From the NCBI RefSeq assembly GCF_009834535.1, contig NC_045696.1:1302001-1366000 (forward strand): 64,000 nt of DNA, read 5' to 3'. The DNA comes from Camelus ferus (Eukaryota). Both the position numbers and the translations under genes were made by a program. Each line of letters opens with the position of its first letter. Within the stretch, counting starts at the first letter, position 1. Positions 1 through 13,370 of this stretch are shown piece by piece. Under the pieces are notes generated by a model. That model was not told the origin of the DNA and ran no database searches. It saw nothing but the letters and a program-made list of their open reading frames with translations.

Positions 1-1519
1 CTCTTCTAAACGTGTGTATTTACACCGAGCAAATATGCGGAAACAAGTCTTGCCTGAGGTTAAACTGTAATTTATGAAGCCTACAGGAAAATTTTCTGAC
101 GGTCCCATGCCCCTTCCTACGTTCTGCCCGACACCCACCTCGGACGAGGCTCTGGAGGACAAGACAGAACCCCCGGGACGGAGCCCACGGTTGGGGGAAC
201 AGGAGCCCCCCCCGGGAAGCCCGGGCTGTAAACACGCACGCGCCGGGCAGAGCTCAAGATGCCGGGGAACGGGCAGGGCGCCCCCACCGCTGAGACCCTG
301 CCTGCCACCCCACCTGCTGAACGAGCGTCTCTACCGCAGGGGTCCTGCCCCCGGAGCAGCGCCACACCCACACAGCAAGGACCCCAGAGCCCTGGACAGA
401 GGCCTGGGTGGGGTGACTGGCGAAGATGCAGGCTCGTGTCCTAAGGGAAACAGGCTCCTCTGTACTCTCCCGCCTTCCTCTTGCTGGACTGGGGTGGGGC
501 CACCCCCAGGGTGACTCCAGAGGCTTCTGTTAAAGAAGCGAAGCCGTGGAACAAAAGAAGCCTGGGTCCCTCAGGGACCGCAAGGGCCAGCTGTGTCCCA
601 GAGCGCTGGGCTTGCTTCTTACACAGTCACGGCCCCCTCGACCACCCCGCCTGCCCCACGTGCTCACACGCACCCACGTGTGCGCACACGCCCCCTCCTC
701 TCTCTTCTTCGCCACATCGCCTGCTCATCTCTGAGCAGTAACAGCCTTAGAAATGAACACAAACTGCAGACGCCAGAACAACAAAATAACACACCAGCTT
801 GGCTGACTACAGTAAATTGAAAAAAGCTTCATAAAGTATTATTTTTTATAACCATACTCTGTCCTTTGAAATGGATAAACAGCACCAATGCATTTGAAAT
901 ACAGCCCACATTTGCTCTGTTTAACATGGCTTAATTAAAATCCCATTTACTCGAAAATTATACTTTATTTTCTGGAATCAAAGGGAAAAAAGACAATAAT
1001 GTGAACTGTATTTTCAATATGACCAATAATAATGCACTAAGAATAGGCACTGCTAAGATGTGATCCAGTTTCCATAGCATTTCAAGCACAGTTTCACAAA
1101 TCTAACCCCACACGTTTGCTTTAGAATTTCAGCCGTCAGACTCGGGTGGCCCTGCCCTCCCCTGGAAGGCACCCCTGTGGAAGGAGCCCTCACCGGGGAG
1201 CTGACAGGACGCTGTCCGCACAAATGAAATGAAACGCACCCATGCGTCTGTCACAGTGGTGCCCGGGACACCTGGGCCTGCCATCCATGACCGCTGCTGG
1301 TCACCAGGGGTCAGCCACTCTCAGGACCTGAGCGCCTCTCCCACTCCGGCCAGAGACTGGCTCCTGACCTACACAGCACAGCAGCAGCGCATCACACGGA
1401 TCCACCCTCCTCGCCAAACGGCGCTTCATAGCCCACTCTAGAGCAAACCCCAAGCCTGAAAGCTGAAGCCGTCCCTCTGCCCCTGCCACCCTGTCACCCA
1501 CACCTGTCTCATGCACACC

Positions 1520-1565
1520 CAGATGCCTGGTGCTGGCACACAGAAGGCTTAATGGCCACCTGCTG
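1520..1565 (+). mobile_element. L2 3' terminal fragment
   Basis: TGCTGGCACACAGAAGGCTTAAT...CTGCTGGAT resembles the L2 tail CTGGCACATAGTAGGCACTCAATAAATGTTTGTTGAAT. Confidence 0.5.
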
Positions 1566-1906
1566 GATAGATGGACGGATGGATGGTAGATGGGTGGGTG
1601 GATGAATGGATGATGCATGAGTAGGTGGGTGGGAATGGACAGACAGAGTGGGTAGGTGGAGGGACAGATGAATGGATGGATTGGTGGATGGATGAGTAGG
1701 TGAGGGGATGGGTCGGTGGATGGATGAATAGATAGGTGTATGGGTGGGTGGATAGATGAGTGGGTGGATGGACAGAGTGGGTAGGTAGATAGGTAGGTGG
1801 GTGGATGGGTGGATGGACAGACAGATGAATGGATGGACTGGTGGATGGATGGGGAGATGGGTGGATGAATGGATGCTGGGTGGGTGGATGGGTGGATGGA
1901 TGGATA
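1562..1906 (+). repeat. Degenerate (TGGA/TGGG)n microsatellite
   Basis: About 345 bp of tggatggatgggtgg repeats. Confidence 0.95.
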
Positions 1907-2604
1907 AGTGCCCTTCACCCCATACCCCCGCTGTCACATGCTCTGCACTTCACTAAAAGGCGCTCTCTCAGCAAGGAGGAACCAGGGAGGAAGCCTGGCA
2001 TGACAGCTGCCTGCTCCTCAGGGACGGTCTGTGTCCACGATCAGCTCAATTTATGAAGAAAGGACGTCACAGAGTCTTCAGGGCCCATCCCCCAGCAGCC
2101 TGCCTCCATGGGCTGGCGGGGCCCGGGGAGGGCTTGTGCACGGGTCCAACTGTCCCCGTGGTGTGACCTGGGCTCCAGGCCCGCCTCGGGTCCTGGGCTG
2201 GCAGCACCTGCCAAGGCAGCCGCCTCGGCTCTGGAGGCTCCTGGGCAGTGTTTAAATTGCACATTATTCTCTTCCAATCATAGTTTTCTGACGACTGAGC
2301 TAACGCACCTGAGTCTCACACAGCGTCAACAGCCGACAGCCTGCGCCGTGGGAGGCAGTGACCGCGTGGGTGGCTCAGGAGCAGGGAAAGACCGCTGGAA
2401 GTGTACTGCCCCCGAGCGCAGCAGGCTGGCCCGTGCCGACAAGTAACTGAGCTCCCAAAGGCACGTGTCACACCAGCCTTGGGAGAGGTTTTAACACACG
2501 TGATTCGGAGCACCTCACAATTACACAGCACTGAACGCTTCACTTCACACCCTGTAAAACTCTCCCAGTTTCCTAAATGGGATGGCCAGTCCTAATAGCA
2601 CTCA

Positions 2605-2713
2605 TAAAGGCATTTTTATAAGCTCCAAATATAGGGCATATTATAAATAGGAATCATAACTTTTTAAAGGCATTTTTGTTAGCTTCAAATATACAGCATA
2701 TTATAAACAGAAA
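2605..2713. repeat. Diverged 60-bp-period tandem duplication
   Basis: TAAAGGCATTTTT...AGCT.CAAATATA..GCATATTATAAA.AG occurs at 2605 and 2665. Confidence 0.9.
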
Positions 2714-5444
2714 CGGGCACTAATGTCCACCTTCTGCTGTCTGGCAGAGCCCACCGCGAGCCCACACACACGGGGCGCCCAGCACACACCCTCAGCGCAC
2801 AGCTTTACCGCCGCGTCTTGTGGCTCCCAGTTCTCCAGACGCTGCTCCAGAAGTGCAGCGTGTCTGGGGATGGTTTTCCTACTGAAGAAGAAGCCTCCAG
2901 TGCGGGTGGCGGAGGCGTCTGAGCCTGCACACCGCAGGGCCAGGACAGACCGCCTGACCTGCAGCAAGTCCCGACAGGGAGCTGGCAGGACTCCTCTCAG
3001 ACCCTCAGATGTTCCCCGCCTTCGTGCTGGGTGATGAAGGGCCGCGGAAAAGCAGGGCAGCTGTAGCCTCGGGGCGTCTGGACGGAGCTTCCTGCGGCCT
3101 TGGCTCCCACCTTGCTTGCTCTTCTGTCACGCACCTTAACCCTGCCGTGCTGTTCATGCCTGGCTGAGGGCCAACGGCGACACCTGATGCGCGTGTGGGT
3201 CGAGAGCAGGGAACGGGCCCTGGGGACGTGCCTCTGTCCTGGACACACCAGTGGGCTCGGCGCCGGGAAGGCCTCGCGTCAGGTGGCCCCTCCTGTGCGA
3301 GACGCAGAGCTCCCTGAGCACGGCGCCTGGCACCTGGCAGGAGCTGCCACGGGAGGTCGCTGACTCCAGCCCCGACTGCTCCTGCCCTCTCTCAGGAAGC
3401 CACACTCGGAACCCGTGGCTCGTTTCACTTCCTGCAGAGACGAACGCTCTCCTGGCACAGAAGACCCCCAAGGTGCCGAGCTGGTGGCAGCCAGAGTCCC
3501 AGTCCCGTCAGCCGGTGAGCAGTAAGTGATGCCCCTCCCAGAAGCACCCCTGCTCCCACGACGCCCTCTCTCAGCGCACAAACGCTCAACACCTTCAGAG
3601 CAGCAGTTCACCGCAAAGCCAGCAGTCTGTGGTTTTATATTCATGGACAACTTCTGAATCTGGTATTAAGAAAAAAACATGCCCTAAAACCTCCAGTTGA
3701 ATTAAAGACTGAAATCACCTGGATTTTGAATATAAGGAATTTGCTCTCAGTGTTTTTAAAAGGAAAACACCCAACAGCGGTGCCACAGTCTTACTACAGC
3801 ACGAAGAGTGGTGTTACCGCGAGGGAAGCGGGAACGCGGAGCAGCAGCAAAGGAGCAGCAGCTAAATCGTCACCAAGCCTCCAGGGAGAGCCCTCTGGGG
3901 CTCAGGGCTGCGGGCTCCGAGGGTCCTACACGTCTCTCTGAGGCTAAGATGACTTCTACGCATGTTCACAGATGTTTTTAAAGTCTGCCTTTCTAAGCCA
4001 GCGCCAAGCTACAACTCTATGAAATGCCAGCGGAAAGAGAGGTACTTTCAAAGGAAAGGCACAAAGTAACCGGCATGGACAAGATGCCTCACAAAGCAGC
4101 CCCCCCCCCCCCGCAAACGCGCTGCACCGCATGGGGGGCCCAGCATCTCCGTCTCAGAACAGAAGACAATTACCTTTCCTCTCAGAGCGGCTCCTGCGCC
4201 TCCGTTTACATCGCCGCCCCCGACGCTGAGGACGGTCCCCGTGGCCAGAGCCCCAGGGACGGGCGCTGCCAGCCCCGGCCCCATCCCATGCCCTCGGCCG
4301 GGGCTGCGACACACTGGCCTGCTGGTGACACAACACGTGGGAGCCGGCTCCCCCCAGCCCGGCTGGCTCACCAAACAGATGCTGGTGCTGGGCGGCCAGC
4401 AGCGGCGATTCTGGGCGCCCCCACTCCGGGGCACGGACAGGTAACCCTTCAGCTCCGGCAGAGACACATTCCACCAGGAGGGAAGAAAGACACAACCTTC
4501 ACAGCAAACACGAAGCCCTGCAGCCCAAGCCCGTCGCCTCTAAACCCCGGAGCTCCCAGAACGGTGAAGGAGGACCACCGAGCAGCCCGTCGGCCAAAGG
4601 GGCTGCACAGAGTCACAGGCCTGCAGCCCAGCGCAGAGGCTCTGGGAGCCGAGCAAGCGGCCGGGTGCGGGGCCAGGGCGCCTCTCCTCGATGCCCGCCG
4701 CCCGCCCTGCAGCCCGGCTCCCTTCCCTTCCCTTCCCGCCCCAGCTGGGGCGCTGCTGGGCACTGAGCAGGCCCACGTCTCACGCATACGCGCCCGCGTG
4801 CACATATCAGGGCGCTGGTCGGCACCAGGGCCAGCACAGCGCTGCCCACTGCCCCAGAAACCGTGGGCTGCCCTGGGGGCAGTGACGGGGAGGACGAGCT
4901 CCTCCGTGAGAGAAACGACAAACCAGTCAATCCTGGAACTTTCTCTCAACTCGACCAACTGTATTTTGCACAAAGCTCCCTTCCCAGCGACGCCTGGCAT
5001 CCCCTTTCCAATTAACTTTCCAAGGGCGCGCAGGACGCGGACCTCCTGGCTGCACCCGGAGCCCAGGCTGCCCCGGCACACCGGCGCCCTCGCCCGCCCC
5101 ACCCGGATCGCGGGCGCGTGGACACGCTCTCCGCAGGCAACCAGGCGCACCACAGACCCCAGGATCTAAAAAGGCCTAGTTTTGTAAAGTGATTAACATG
5201 CAAAGTGTTAAAGGTAACAGCCTTTTAAAAATAATTTCAACTTCAACATTTGATATTAACTGTAATTTATATTTTTAAACTTTTTAAAAACTGATTTTTA
5301 ATAATTTTGGAAAAATATTTTCTGAAAATGTTAAAACATGATACTGTTTTGCTTTGTTTACTTAAATTCACGTTTTTTACAGAAATAGATTCAAATTTTG
5401 TAACTTTAATTCAATTATATATTTCATTTGTAATCTTTTGGATC

Positions 5445-5510
5445 AAGGGCCAGATAAGAAGTGTTTCAGACTTTGTGGCCATGTGTCTCTTGCTGACAAA
5501 CTCAGCTAGG
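5445..5510 (+). mobile_element. MER58-like hAT-Charlie fragment
   Basis: AAGGGCCAGATAAGAAGTGTTTCAGACTTTGTGGCCAT resembles MER58 AAGGGCCAGATAGTAAATATTTTAGGCTTTGCGGGCCAT. Confidence 0.6.
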
Positions 5511-8500
5511 CTGACGTGGCCCTGTGGTTCGGTGGGGAGAGAAGCTTCTGGCAAAAGCTGTCCCACGTCTGGGGCAGATTCCTTTAGGAAACAGTGAACT
5601 CCCTCTTCCAGCCGTCTAAGCTTGGGACTTACATTCGGGGGGTGGGGGGGTGGGGGGGTTACATTCGACGTGACTCTCCAGGACTCGGGACAGGCTGGTG
5701 GCAAGTCCCTCAGGGCGGCGCTGCCAGGCTCACTGCTCGCCTGGAGGTGGGCTGGCTGGAGGGTCCCAAAGCCCTGGGTGGGGTGGAGCTGCTGCAGCTC
5801 TGTGGCCGCTGGGCTGGAGATGACCTTCTCCCACGGTTCTGCGCTCTGGCTGTGCCCCCCGGGCCAGGCCTGAGACCTACAAGATGCCTTGTTTAGCAAA
5901 AGAAGCAGCTGAACGTCACGCAGCCCCTCTCCCTCCAGTCTGACGCAGCCGCTCCGCAGCTCCGATGACAGGTCCTTCCCGACAGCACGCCTCTGGGCCA
6001 GCATTCCTGCCGGCCGCCGTCCAGGGGGCCGTGGGAGTTGGGGATTTCTCTCAGGTTCGGGCGCATAGCACAAACCCGACCGAGGAACTCGAAAGCAGCC
6101 CACAGGACTCAGAGCCAAGAGAGCCCGAAGCGACCACCGGAAAGGAGGCCACGATCGTCCTCAGTCTCTTTAAATAAGAGGTAAGAAAATCTCTTTGGAG
6201 CTCTTTCATAATACGAAGTCACTACTACATTTGAAAATGGGGGCTTTCCATGGGGTTATTAATTATAGCCTTGCCACACATCAGAGCAAGTTAGGCACCT
6301 AACCATGAAACGGCCGCACACCGCGGTCACCAGGCTGGAAGGGCACACCGGAGCGCGGCTGCTGGGCCGGGCTGAGCCCTGCGACTCTGTCCCCAGCCAC
6401 TCCGAGGTGGCACCCACGCAGGCTGCAGCTGCGGCCAATGGGACTGGCCCCAGGGCCTCCTAACGGGCCTGAAACGAGAAGAGACAATTTGGGAAGTGGA
6501 GCTGGAACTTGCAGCACTCACTCATCCAAGAGGGAGAGCTCCGACGGCCAGAGTCCCGAGCAGCCCAGATCAAAGCAAACACAGCTTAAAAAAGGTGGGT
6601 GGACAGGCCGTCTGGATTCTGGGTTCCTCACGATGCAATGGCACTGGAAGAGGTCGCCCAGGACTGAGGACCACCCCCCAGCCCCTGCAGACTCGTGTTT
6701 GAGAAGCAGATTGCTCTGCCTTCTCTCCCTGATCAGTTCTCATAGGGGTTTGGGAGGAAGCTGGGCGCGGTGGGGGGCCCAGTCTCCAGTCTGCCCCCCT
6801 CCCCGACCCCAACCCCAACCCCATCTGAGAAGCGGGGGAGGGGGTGGGGAGAGGCCCGGCCGCTCCCTGTGTGCCCGCCAGCCCCTCAGACACAACCCTG
6901 GGCGAGGCCACACCGGCAGGGACCAAGCTGCCCTGTGGCTTCCCGCCCCAGGCTGCCTGTCCGCTCCCTTACAGCGAGGAAACCCCAGGTCCTCTGTCTC
7001 CTTCACAGCCCTGGTCTGGAAGAGGCGAAAGTTGACACCAAGACAGACCACAATTTATAAGAAGCATATTCATAGAGAGAACAACTTGCCAAGTGGGCAC
7101 ACACTCCCAAACTAAACTCCTGTAGCAGGAATCAGTCCGACACGGTAAGCCTGGTGACCCTGGGTGGCAGAGCCATGCGGGCAGGTTCAAAGGCTCCCAT
7201 GAGGCGAGGCCCGGCCCGGGCACGCGGGCCCCGTCAGGAGCAGCGGAACCTAACGGCACAGCCTTCCCGGAGGCTGCCAAGTAAGACACCACTGGAAGCA
7301 GAAGCACCTTCGCCCCAAACCCGGGAACTGCACTGTCAGGTAACTCGGGGTCACGTCTGGCTGTGAAGGACACAGCTGAGTCTCTCAGGAGGCCTCTGCG
7401 TGTCCGCCTGGGGGTCTGCGGGCCACGCAGCCGCTGGAGGCGGGCGTTCCAGCCGCGCTGTCCTGGGCTCTCGGCAGTATTTGTCTCCTTGGTACCGTTC
7501 GTCACACAGCAAACTCATTTAACTGCATTTCCTTTCTGCGATGCCCTGGCGTTTGGGGACCTACAGACCCAGGGAGGGCCTGCTCTTCCCCCCCCCCCCC
7601 CAGGATAGCCGATTCTGAGAGACAGCAAAGGCCGGGCGTAGTGCGGACACTGCCCTGGGCCTCCGTCCCCCCCACACCAAGCCAAAGTCACCTCTGCCCT
7701 CCATCCCTCGGGCCAGGTGCCGGGCCACCGGCACCTCTGCCACAGCCCAGCGCCCGCCGCAACCACTCACACCGGTCAGTGCTAAGCTGGTACTCCGCCC
7801 ACCTGGAGAGGCTCCCAGTACAGGCCTTCCCCTCCTTTCTGCCTCCTGACCCAATCGGTGGGCAGCCCCGCGCACGAGCACCGCGTGGTGCACAGGAGAC
7901 AGTGCCGTCCTCGAGACCCGCCTGGTTTGACAAGTCCGCCTGGGCCCCTCTTACCTAAAGGGCACAAGACAGTCTATGAAATGCAGGGACGAGCTGGTCC
8001 CCTGCCTGTCACCTCGCACAACCCTACGTCACGTCTGCTCTGCGTTCCTATAAAAACCCAGGTAGAAACGGCGGCTATGTTCACACACTGCCTTCACCTC
8101 ACGAAGTGACCGTGCACAGTCCACCTCACACAACAAACGCCGTGTTTTCTGCCTTCTGGAAAGGCAGAGCAGCGGAGAGCCCACCGGCACGACGAGGCAC
8201 ACGGGCCCTCAGTGAGGCGAGTCCGTGCGGGGACGGGAGACGCCACTCTCGCCCCGTCTTAGGGCCAGCCCACCTGACGCGACCAGCGTCCAAGGGACGT
8301 CCTCACTTTGCGTCCGTCTCCTTTTTCTCCCCCTTTCTTTCTTCTGCTTTTAGAATTATTTAAGAGAAACATAAAAACAGAGCATCTGCGCTCATGAGAA
8401 TCAGGAAATCCACAGCAGAGTGGCAGTGATTTTGCTGCATCAGATATGGTTTCCATAACCATTAAATCGACGGCTCATAATCTGAAAAAATACTTTAAAG

Positions 8501-9869
8501 CCCTTTCTCCAATTTTAAAAGTACATCAATCTCGGACTTCAGCTGTCACATCTTTGCAAGCTAATGACTACTGAACTCGAGAAGACTGTCCTAAATAGCC
8601 ACACGCCATTTAGCATCTGACATGACTGCTATCTCATTAACTTTATTTTTATCTATGTCCTAGAGTCAAGCCTCCAACATTTAGCGTTCCCAGAACATCA
8701 GCTTGGGGTAAAACTCTTGAAAACTATCTTTCTACTCTCACAGGAAGGAGAAAAAGGTGTTTATTTCATTAGACAGAATTCTAAACTCTCGAAACGAGCC
8801 AGCTAGCCATTGCTTGCTTACGTGTGAGCAACAGCCGGGAAGCGGTAGAGTCCTTGCTGTGGCGTTGAAGTGCCTCAGACGTGTCCGTTACTAGGGAAAC
8901 CAGCAAACGTCCCCTCACTCGGCTGCTGGACAGCGAGCTCCCCCTCTGCCAGCACTGTCCTCAGGGCCTGGGCTCTGGCGGTGAACGGAGGACACCAACA
9001 TGCTTGCAGGGCCTCGTGTCCCAGCAGGACGAGGACTCCAACCCATGGGAGCGTCACCAGCAGCTAAAGGACCCCTGCGTCAGCGGAGGACGAGCAGGTG
9101 GGAGCACAGCGGGCGCCTGCCGTCCTGAGAAGACCAGGCCCCTAAAGAGCCAGAGACTGAGGCTCCGAGGAGGCCGTGGGGAAGCGAGTTCTGAGCAAAG
9201 GGCGGGTGGAGACCCTGAGGCCGCGGCCACAGCTGCAGACCCAGGAACAGCCAGAGGCTGGGGTCCTGGAGGGTCACTGGTGGGCGCTGTGGCCAGAAGT
9301 CCCGGCCTGGGGGCAGGAGCGGGCGTGGGAGGGGCTGCCCCAGGGAGACAGGTCGGGGGACCACAGGGCGTGTCCTGTGGCTCGGCTGGCAGGCGGTCTC
9401 GAGGGCTGGGTGTGCAGTGGGAAGAGAGGGTGGCCCCAGCTTTTGGCCCGAGAGTTGGGAAGACGGGGCCGCCACGGTCGGAGGACTAGGGGCAGGGAGG
9501 GCTGTTGGGAGTTTATAATCTGCCATCTCAAGTTGGAGATGGGGGGATCCCTCCCCAGCGGGCAGACCCGGGTCTGAGCTGGAGGTCCAGCTGCAGGACT
9601 CATCTGCCCAGCGTTGGGGAGAATCCCAAGTAATGGGTGGAGACAGGCCCAGAGGAGGGCCGCGACTGAGCCGGAAAGCACCACCCTGGGAGCTTAGAAG
9701 AGGGAGCAGCCCCTGAGGCACAGCGCAGGACAAGGTCATTAACTGACCACCACCTGCAGTCGCTACATGTGCATTAGCTCACTTACATGTCACCAAATCT
9801 GAGTAAAGGAGACTGAAAGGACTGCACGAGGGGTGGCCTGGACACAGCCACCGTTTGTGTTACAACCAT

Positions 9870-9940
9870 TAGGGATGCCATTCAAGTGTTGAGTGGAGTT
9901 GTGCAGTGTACAACCTGCACAACTGTTCAGGGTGGCCATG
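9870..9940. mobile_element. MER91-like short hAT MITE
   Basis: Internal inverted repeat AGTTGTGCAG (9897-9906) / CTGCACAACT (9915-9924), with degenerate terminal inverted repeats. Confidence 0.5.
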
Positions 9941-10149
9941 ATTACTGGTCATCAGCTCGAAGGCCAGAGCAGGTCTCCCTGATGGAAGGCCTGCTCTATC
10001 TCCTCTAGCTTGGGAGTCAGGGCAAGTTCTACCCTCTCGGTTCCCAGGTGACAGTGACAGTGTCCCAGGCTTATGGGGAGACCCAGTGAGGGACAGGGCA
10101 GGACACAGGAGGGGCCACCTCTGCTTCAGCTGCTCTGTGACAGGGGCCT

Positions 10150-10235
10150 GCCAGTGGGGAGGCAAAGTGACCTGTCCAAGGTCACAGCTGGGCTCCGAGT
10201 CCAGGACCCTCCAAGCTCGCCCTCAGCTCTCTGCA
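10150..10235 (-). mobile_element. MIR fragment
   Basis: AAAGTGACCTGTCCAAGGTCACAGCTGG is the MIR core in reverse orientation. Confidence 0.55.
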
Positions 10236-12579
10236 TTCCTGCAGCCCACCCGCTACAGCGAGAGCACGGCTGCTCGGTCTGTTGGTTTAATTAGCTAAAG
10301 TTCCCCCAGTAATAAGTCAAAGAAACACACACACACTTCTCTAAAGGAACGCACTTCGATATTCTACGTTGAAACGGTTTCAGGCAGGTTAGGACAGGTA
10401 TAGCTTTCGGTCTGCTTGCAACATTCCTCCACTCAGTTAGAATCATGAACTCAGCTAAGCTTTCTCCATTGTCTTCCAAGGCGACGTTACCAAGGAATTT
10501 AGATTAAAATGAAAACTACATTGTTCAAGTCAGTACAGCAGGTGTTAGATTTGAAAAAAGAAAAAAGAAGAAGAAGTGGGGGGGAAGGAAGTGAAGGCCC
10601 CTAAAATTAGCTCCAATGGTCTAAAGCCACTTAAAGCCAGAGGCAGCCACTGACGGCGGCCCACGGATAAATGCTGGCCACAGAGGCCACGCCCAATCCG
10701 AGAGGCCTGGGGCTGCGCGGGGAGGGTTCTGACTCCTGGTCGCAGATGAAGGGAAGCATGAAGCAGATGCTGTTACCAAGCTGGATCACAAACGTGGGAC
10801 GGAACTAGGTGGACAATGGTAGCCCTGGTTTAAACGGGTGCCTCCTGAAAGAATACTTCTGAAGCATCCTTTAAAAAATGCCTTCTTACTGGTCATTAGA
10901 AACAAAGTAGAATACAAAGTAAATCCGGCTGGTCCTTGAAAGAAGACGGAGCAAGTCTGCTCACTCCAGGGTGGAAGACCTTGGCCGAGCTGCTCTGCTT
11001 GTAAGTGCTCCCAGGGTTGTTTGGTTTGGTTTGGTTTTGAACTGGGGGTTGATGAAAGAAATGACATGAATGTATGTATGTACGAGGAATGTACGAAAGG
11101 GACAAAAATGATCAGATCTGACAAAAACCTCAAACAAGACTAAATGGAAAAGGAAAAACTTAAGAACAGACTAGAGACAAGACAGCCCAGACCCACAGGG
11201 TCGGGGCCCAAAGGCACACGACGCAGTGGGTCTGAGGACCAGACACAATCTGGGGGGAAATGCCCAAAGCTATGGTAGAAGAACACTTCCCAGGAATAAA
11301 GACCCGAATCTGCCACTAAACAGACACTGTATTCGTGGAGAAGGTGATAAAATGTAAGGAAAACCCACTTGGATAAAGAACTGGAAGGGAGTCTGGGCCA
11401 AAGCAATCCAACTGCCGAGGAGAGCCAGCCAGGCTGGATCACCACGTCCGAAGGGGACACGTGCCCCTCACCTTGCGTTCCAGCAGCCTGTCGCTCAGCT
11501 GCAGAGGGCGGGGAGGTAGCTATAGATCCTGGTGTGTTGTGGGCACCTCCAAACCCAGAGACCCGGTGCGGGGCAGCCCGCAGGCCTCACGTCCCACCTC
11601 CACGGACCCAGGGCTGCAGGTGCTGGAGGGGCCACCCCACCCCAGATCTGCACCCCCAAGCTGCTGGAGACCCCCGGGGGCGGAGTAACCTCTCTGAGCC
11701 CCCAGGAGAGGTGGCACTGTCCCAGCAGGAGAGAACTCTGCTCGCTGAAGTCTGCCTCCTTCAGTCTAGAAGTCCAGCATTCTGGGGCCTTGTGGGCAGA
11801 GCCTGAGCTGAGGCTTTTAGCCCCTAGATCACATCACTGACCCCGGCAGCTCTGGCCAGCCCAGACCCCCAGGACCCTGTCCCTGTGCCGTGGGGGATGA
11901 GCAGATGCAAGGTGAGGGTTTATGGAGGAGAAATTTTAAACCTTAAATATTTACACCATTTCTTCCCTTGATGTTGGCAACTTTTCACTCAAGATCAAAC
12001 ACACACATGCACATTTTGGTTAATTTAGTCTTATTAAAATTGGCGATCTGTCACCACACATTTAGAACTTGACGGTACAGGCTATTTGAGTGGGTTTTTT
12101 GCATTTTATTTTAACTGTTACCTATCTGAAGTGTCAAGCTAAGACAGAAGAGCCATAAAACGACGTCGCACGTCAGCGAAGCAGTGACTGTTTGAAGCCT
12201 GGGGCAGGTGTGCGAGCCTGTGACCTCCAATCCCACAGCCCGGCAGCCCTTCCACGGACTCAGTTCATTATAGTTGAATTTTAAATTATCTGATAAAATT
12301 TAGCTTACAAGTCAGGTCACTCACTGAACTAAACCAGCTCTAAGTATTCCCACAATTACCTCGTGAGCCGTTTAAAGTGAAGTCAGTGAGGAGCTGCACC
12401 TGGGCTGGCGGGGGGACGCGCGTGCACTGAACTGGAGATGAGAGGAGCCTCCTCCCCAGGAGCTGCCTTCACACGGGCCCAGGGCGGCCCCACAGCACCA
12501 CCTACCGTCCGCAGTCGTCCCCTCGCGGCTCCGGCCAGCCCTCATCCCTTGTCCGGGGTGACAGTGCCAGCAGCAGACA

Positions 12580-12770
12580 AGGCCAGTGTGTGGCCAAGAT
12601 GGGTCAGGACACCTGAGTGGGCAAGAGGGAGCCTTTGGGACGCGGGAGGTGGCGATGGCGGCGGCATGCCGACCGTACACACTGTCAGAACACATCAAAC
12701 TCAGCACTTGAAAAGGGTGATTTTCAATGCATGTAAATTACACCTCAATACACTCAGCTTTAAAAAAAAA
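12580..12770 (+). mobile_element. Old L1M (L1ME/MC-like) 3' end
   Basis: TGTCAGAACACATCAAACTCAGCACTTGAAAAGGGTGATTTTCAATGCATGTAAATTACACCTCAAT followed by an A tract. Confidence 0.7.
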
Positions 12771-13269
12771 TCCCAGGAGAAAAACCAAAGTGTATGAGAA
12801 AGTCATAGCCTCCATTTGATATAGAATAGGAAATACGCAGATTTCAAGAGGAACGAATGACTGGATTTCAAAAACCAGTGAATAAGCCGGGCGGGAAGAC
12901 TGAGAACACGTGACAGGACAGAGAGGCTTTTCCGGCCCGCACTCAGGGACAGGGGCTGACGCCTGAGGGGACCACGCAGGGACGGAAAGCAGACTGCCCA
13001 GAGACAGAGCTGCCCGGGGGAAGGCGGGTCTGAGCCCTGCCCGCGGCCGCAGCCGCCCCTCACCCTCTGCTCTACCACCCCAGGCCACGCAACAATGCAG
13101 GAAGATAAACTGAACAAAGTGTGACCCAGTTATAAAGCACATTGAAGTGCGGCACGACTTTCGGCAACTAGTGGGATGCGCTCAAAGAGGAAGCATTCTG
13201 CCTGTTTCCCTTTTCACGCACAAACGCGATGGCGTGCAGACTGGAGGAGGAGCCCCGTGTGCACCTTAC

Positions 13270-13370
13270 CTGGCTCGGGCATGAGCACCACCCGCTAACC
13301 GTGGTAATATAAACGCCATGGATGGATTTGAAACTGATTAACCATGGTCATAAGATAGAAATAAGTTTTC
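13270..13370 (-). other. SVIL: 101-nt internal 5'UTR exon (exon 2)
   Basis: Acceptor ttttctgtttgtttttcacacgtag|GAAAAC and donor GAGCCAG|gtaagg. AT-richer than the flanking intron; contains four ATGs. Confidence 0.75.

Noticed and set aside
1301..1937. His/Pro/Ser/Ile-rich ORFs
   Set aside because: Translations of the (TCCA)n microsatellite.
4024..5169. 381-aa + strand ORF
   Set aside because: Pro/Ala/Arg/Gly-rich with no recognisable domain and overlapping ORFs in other frames; expected from stop-codon scarcity in GC-rich DNA.
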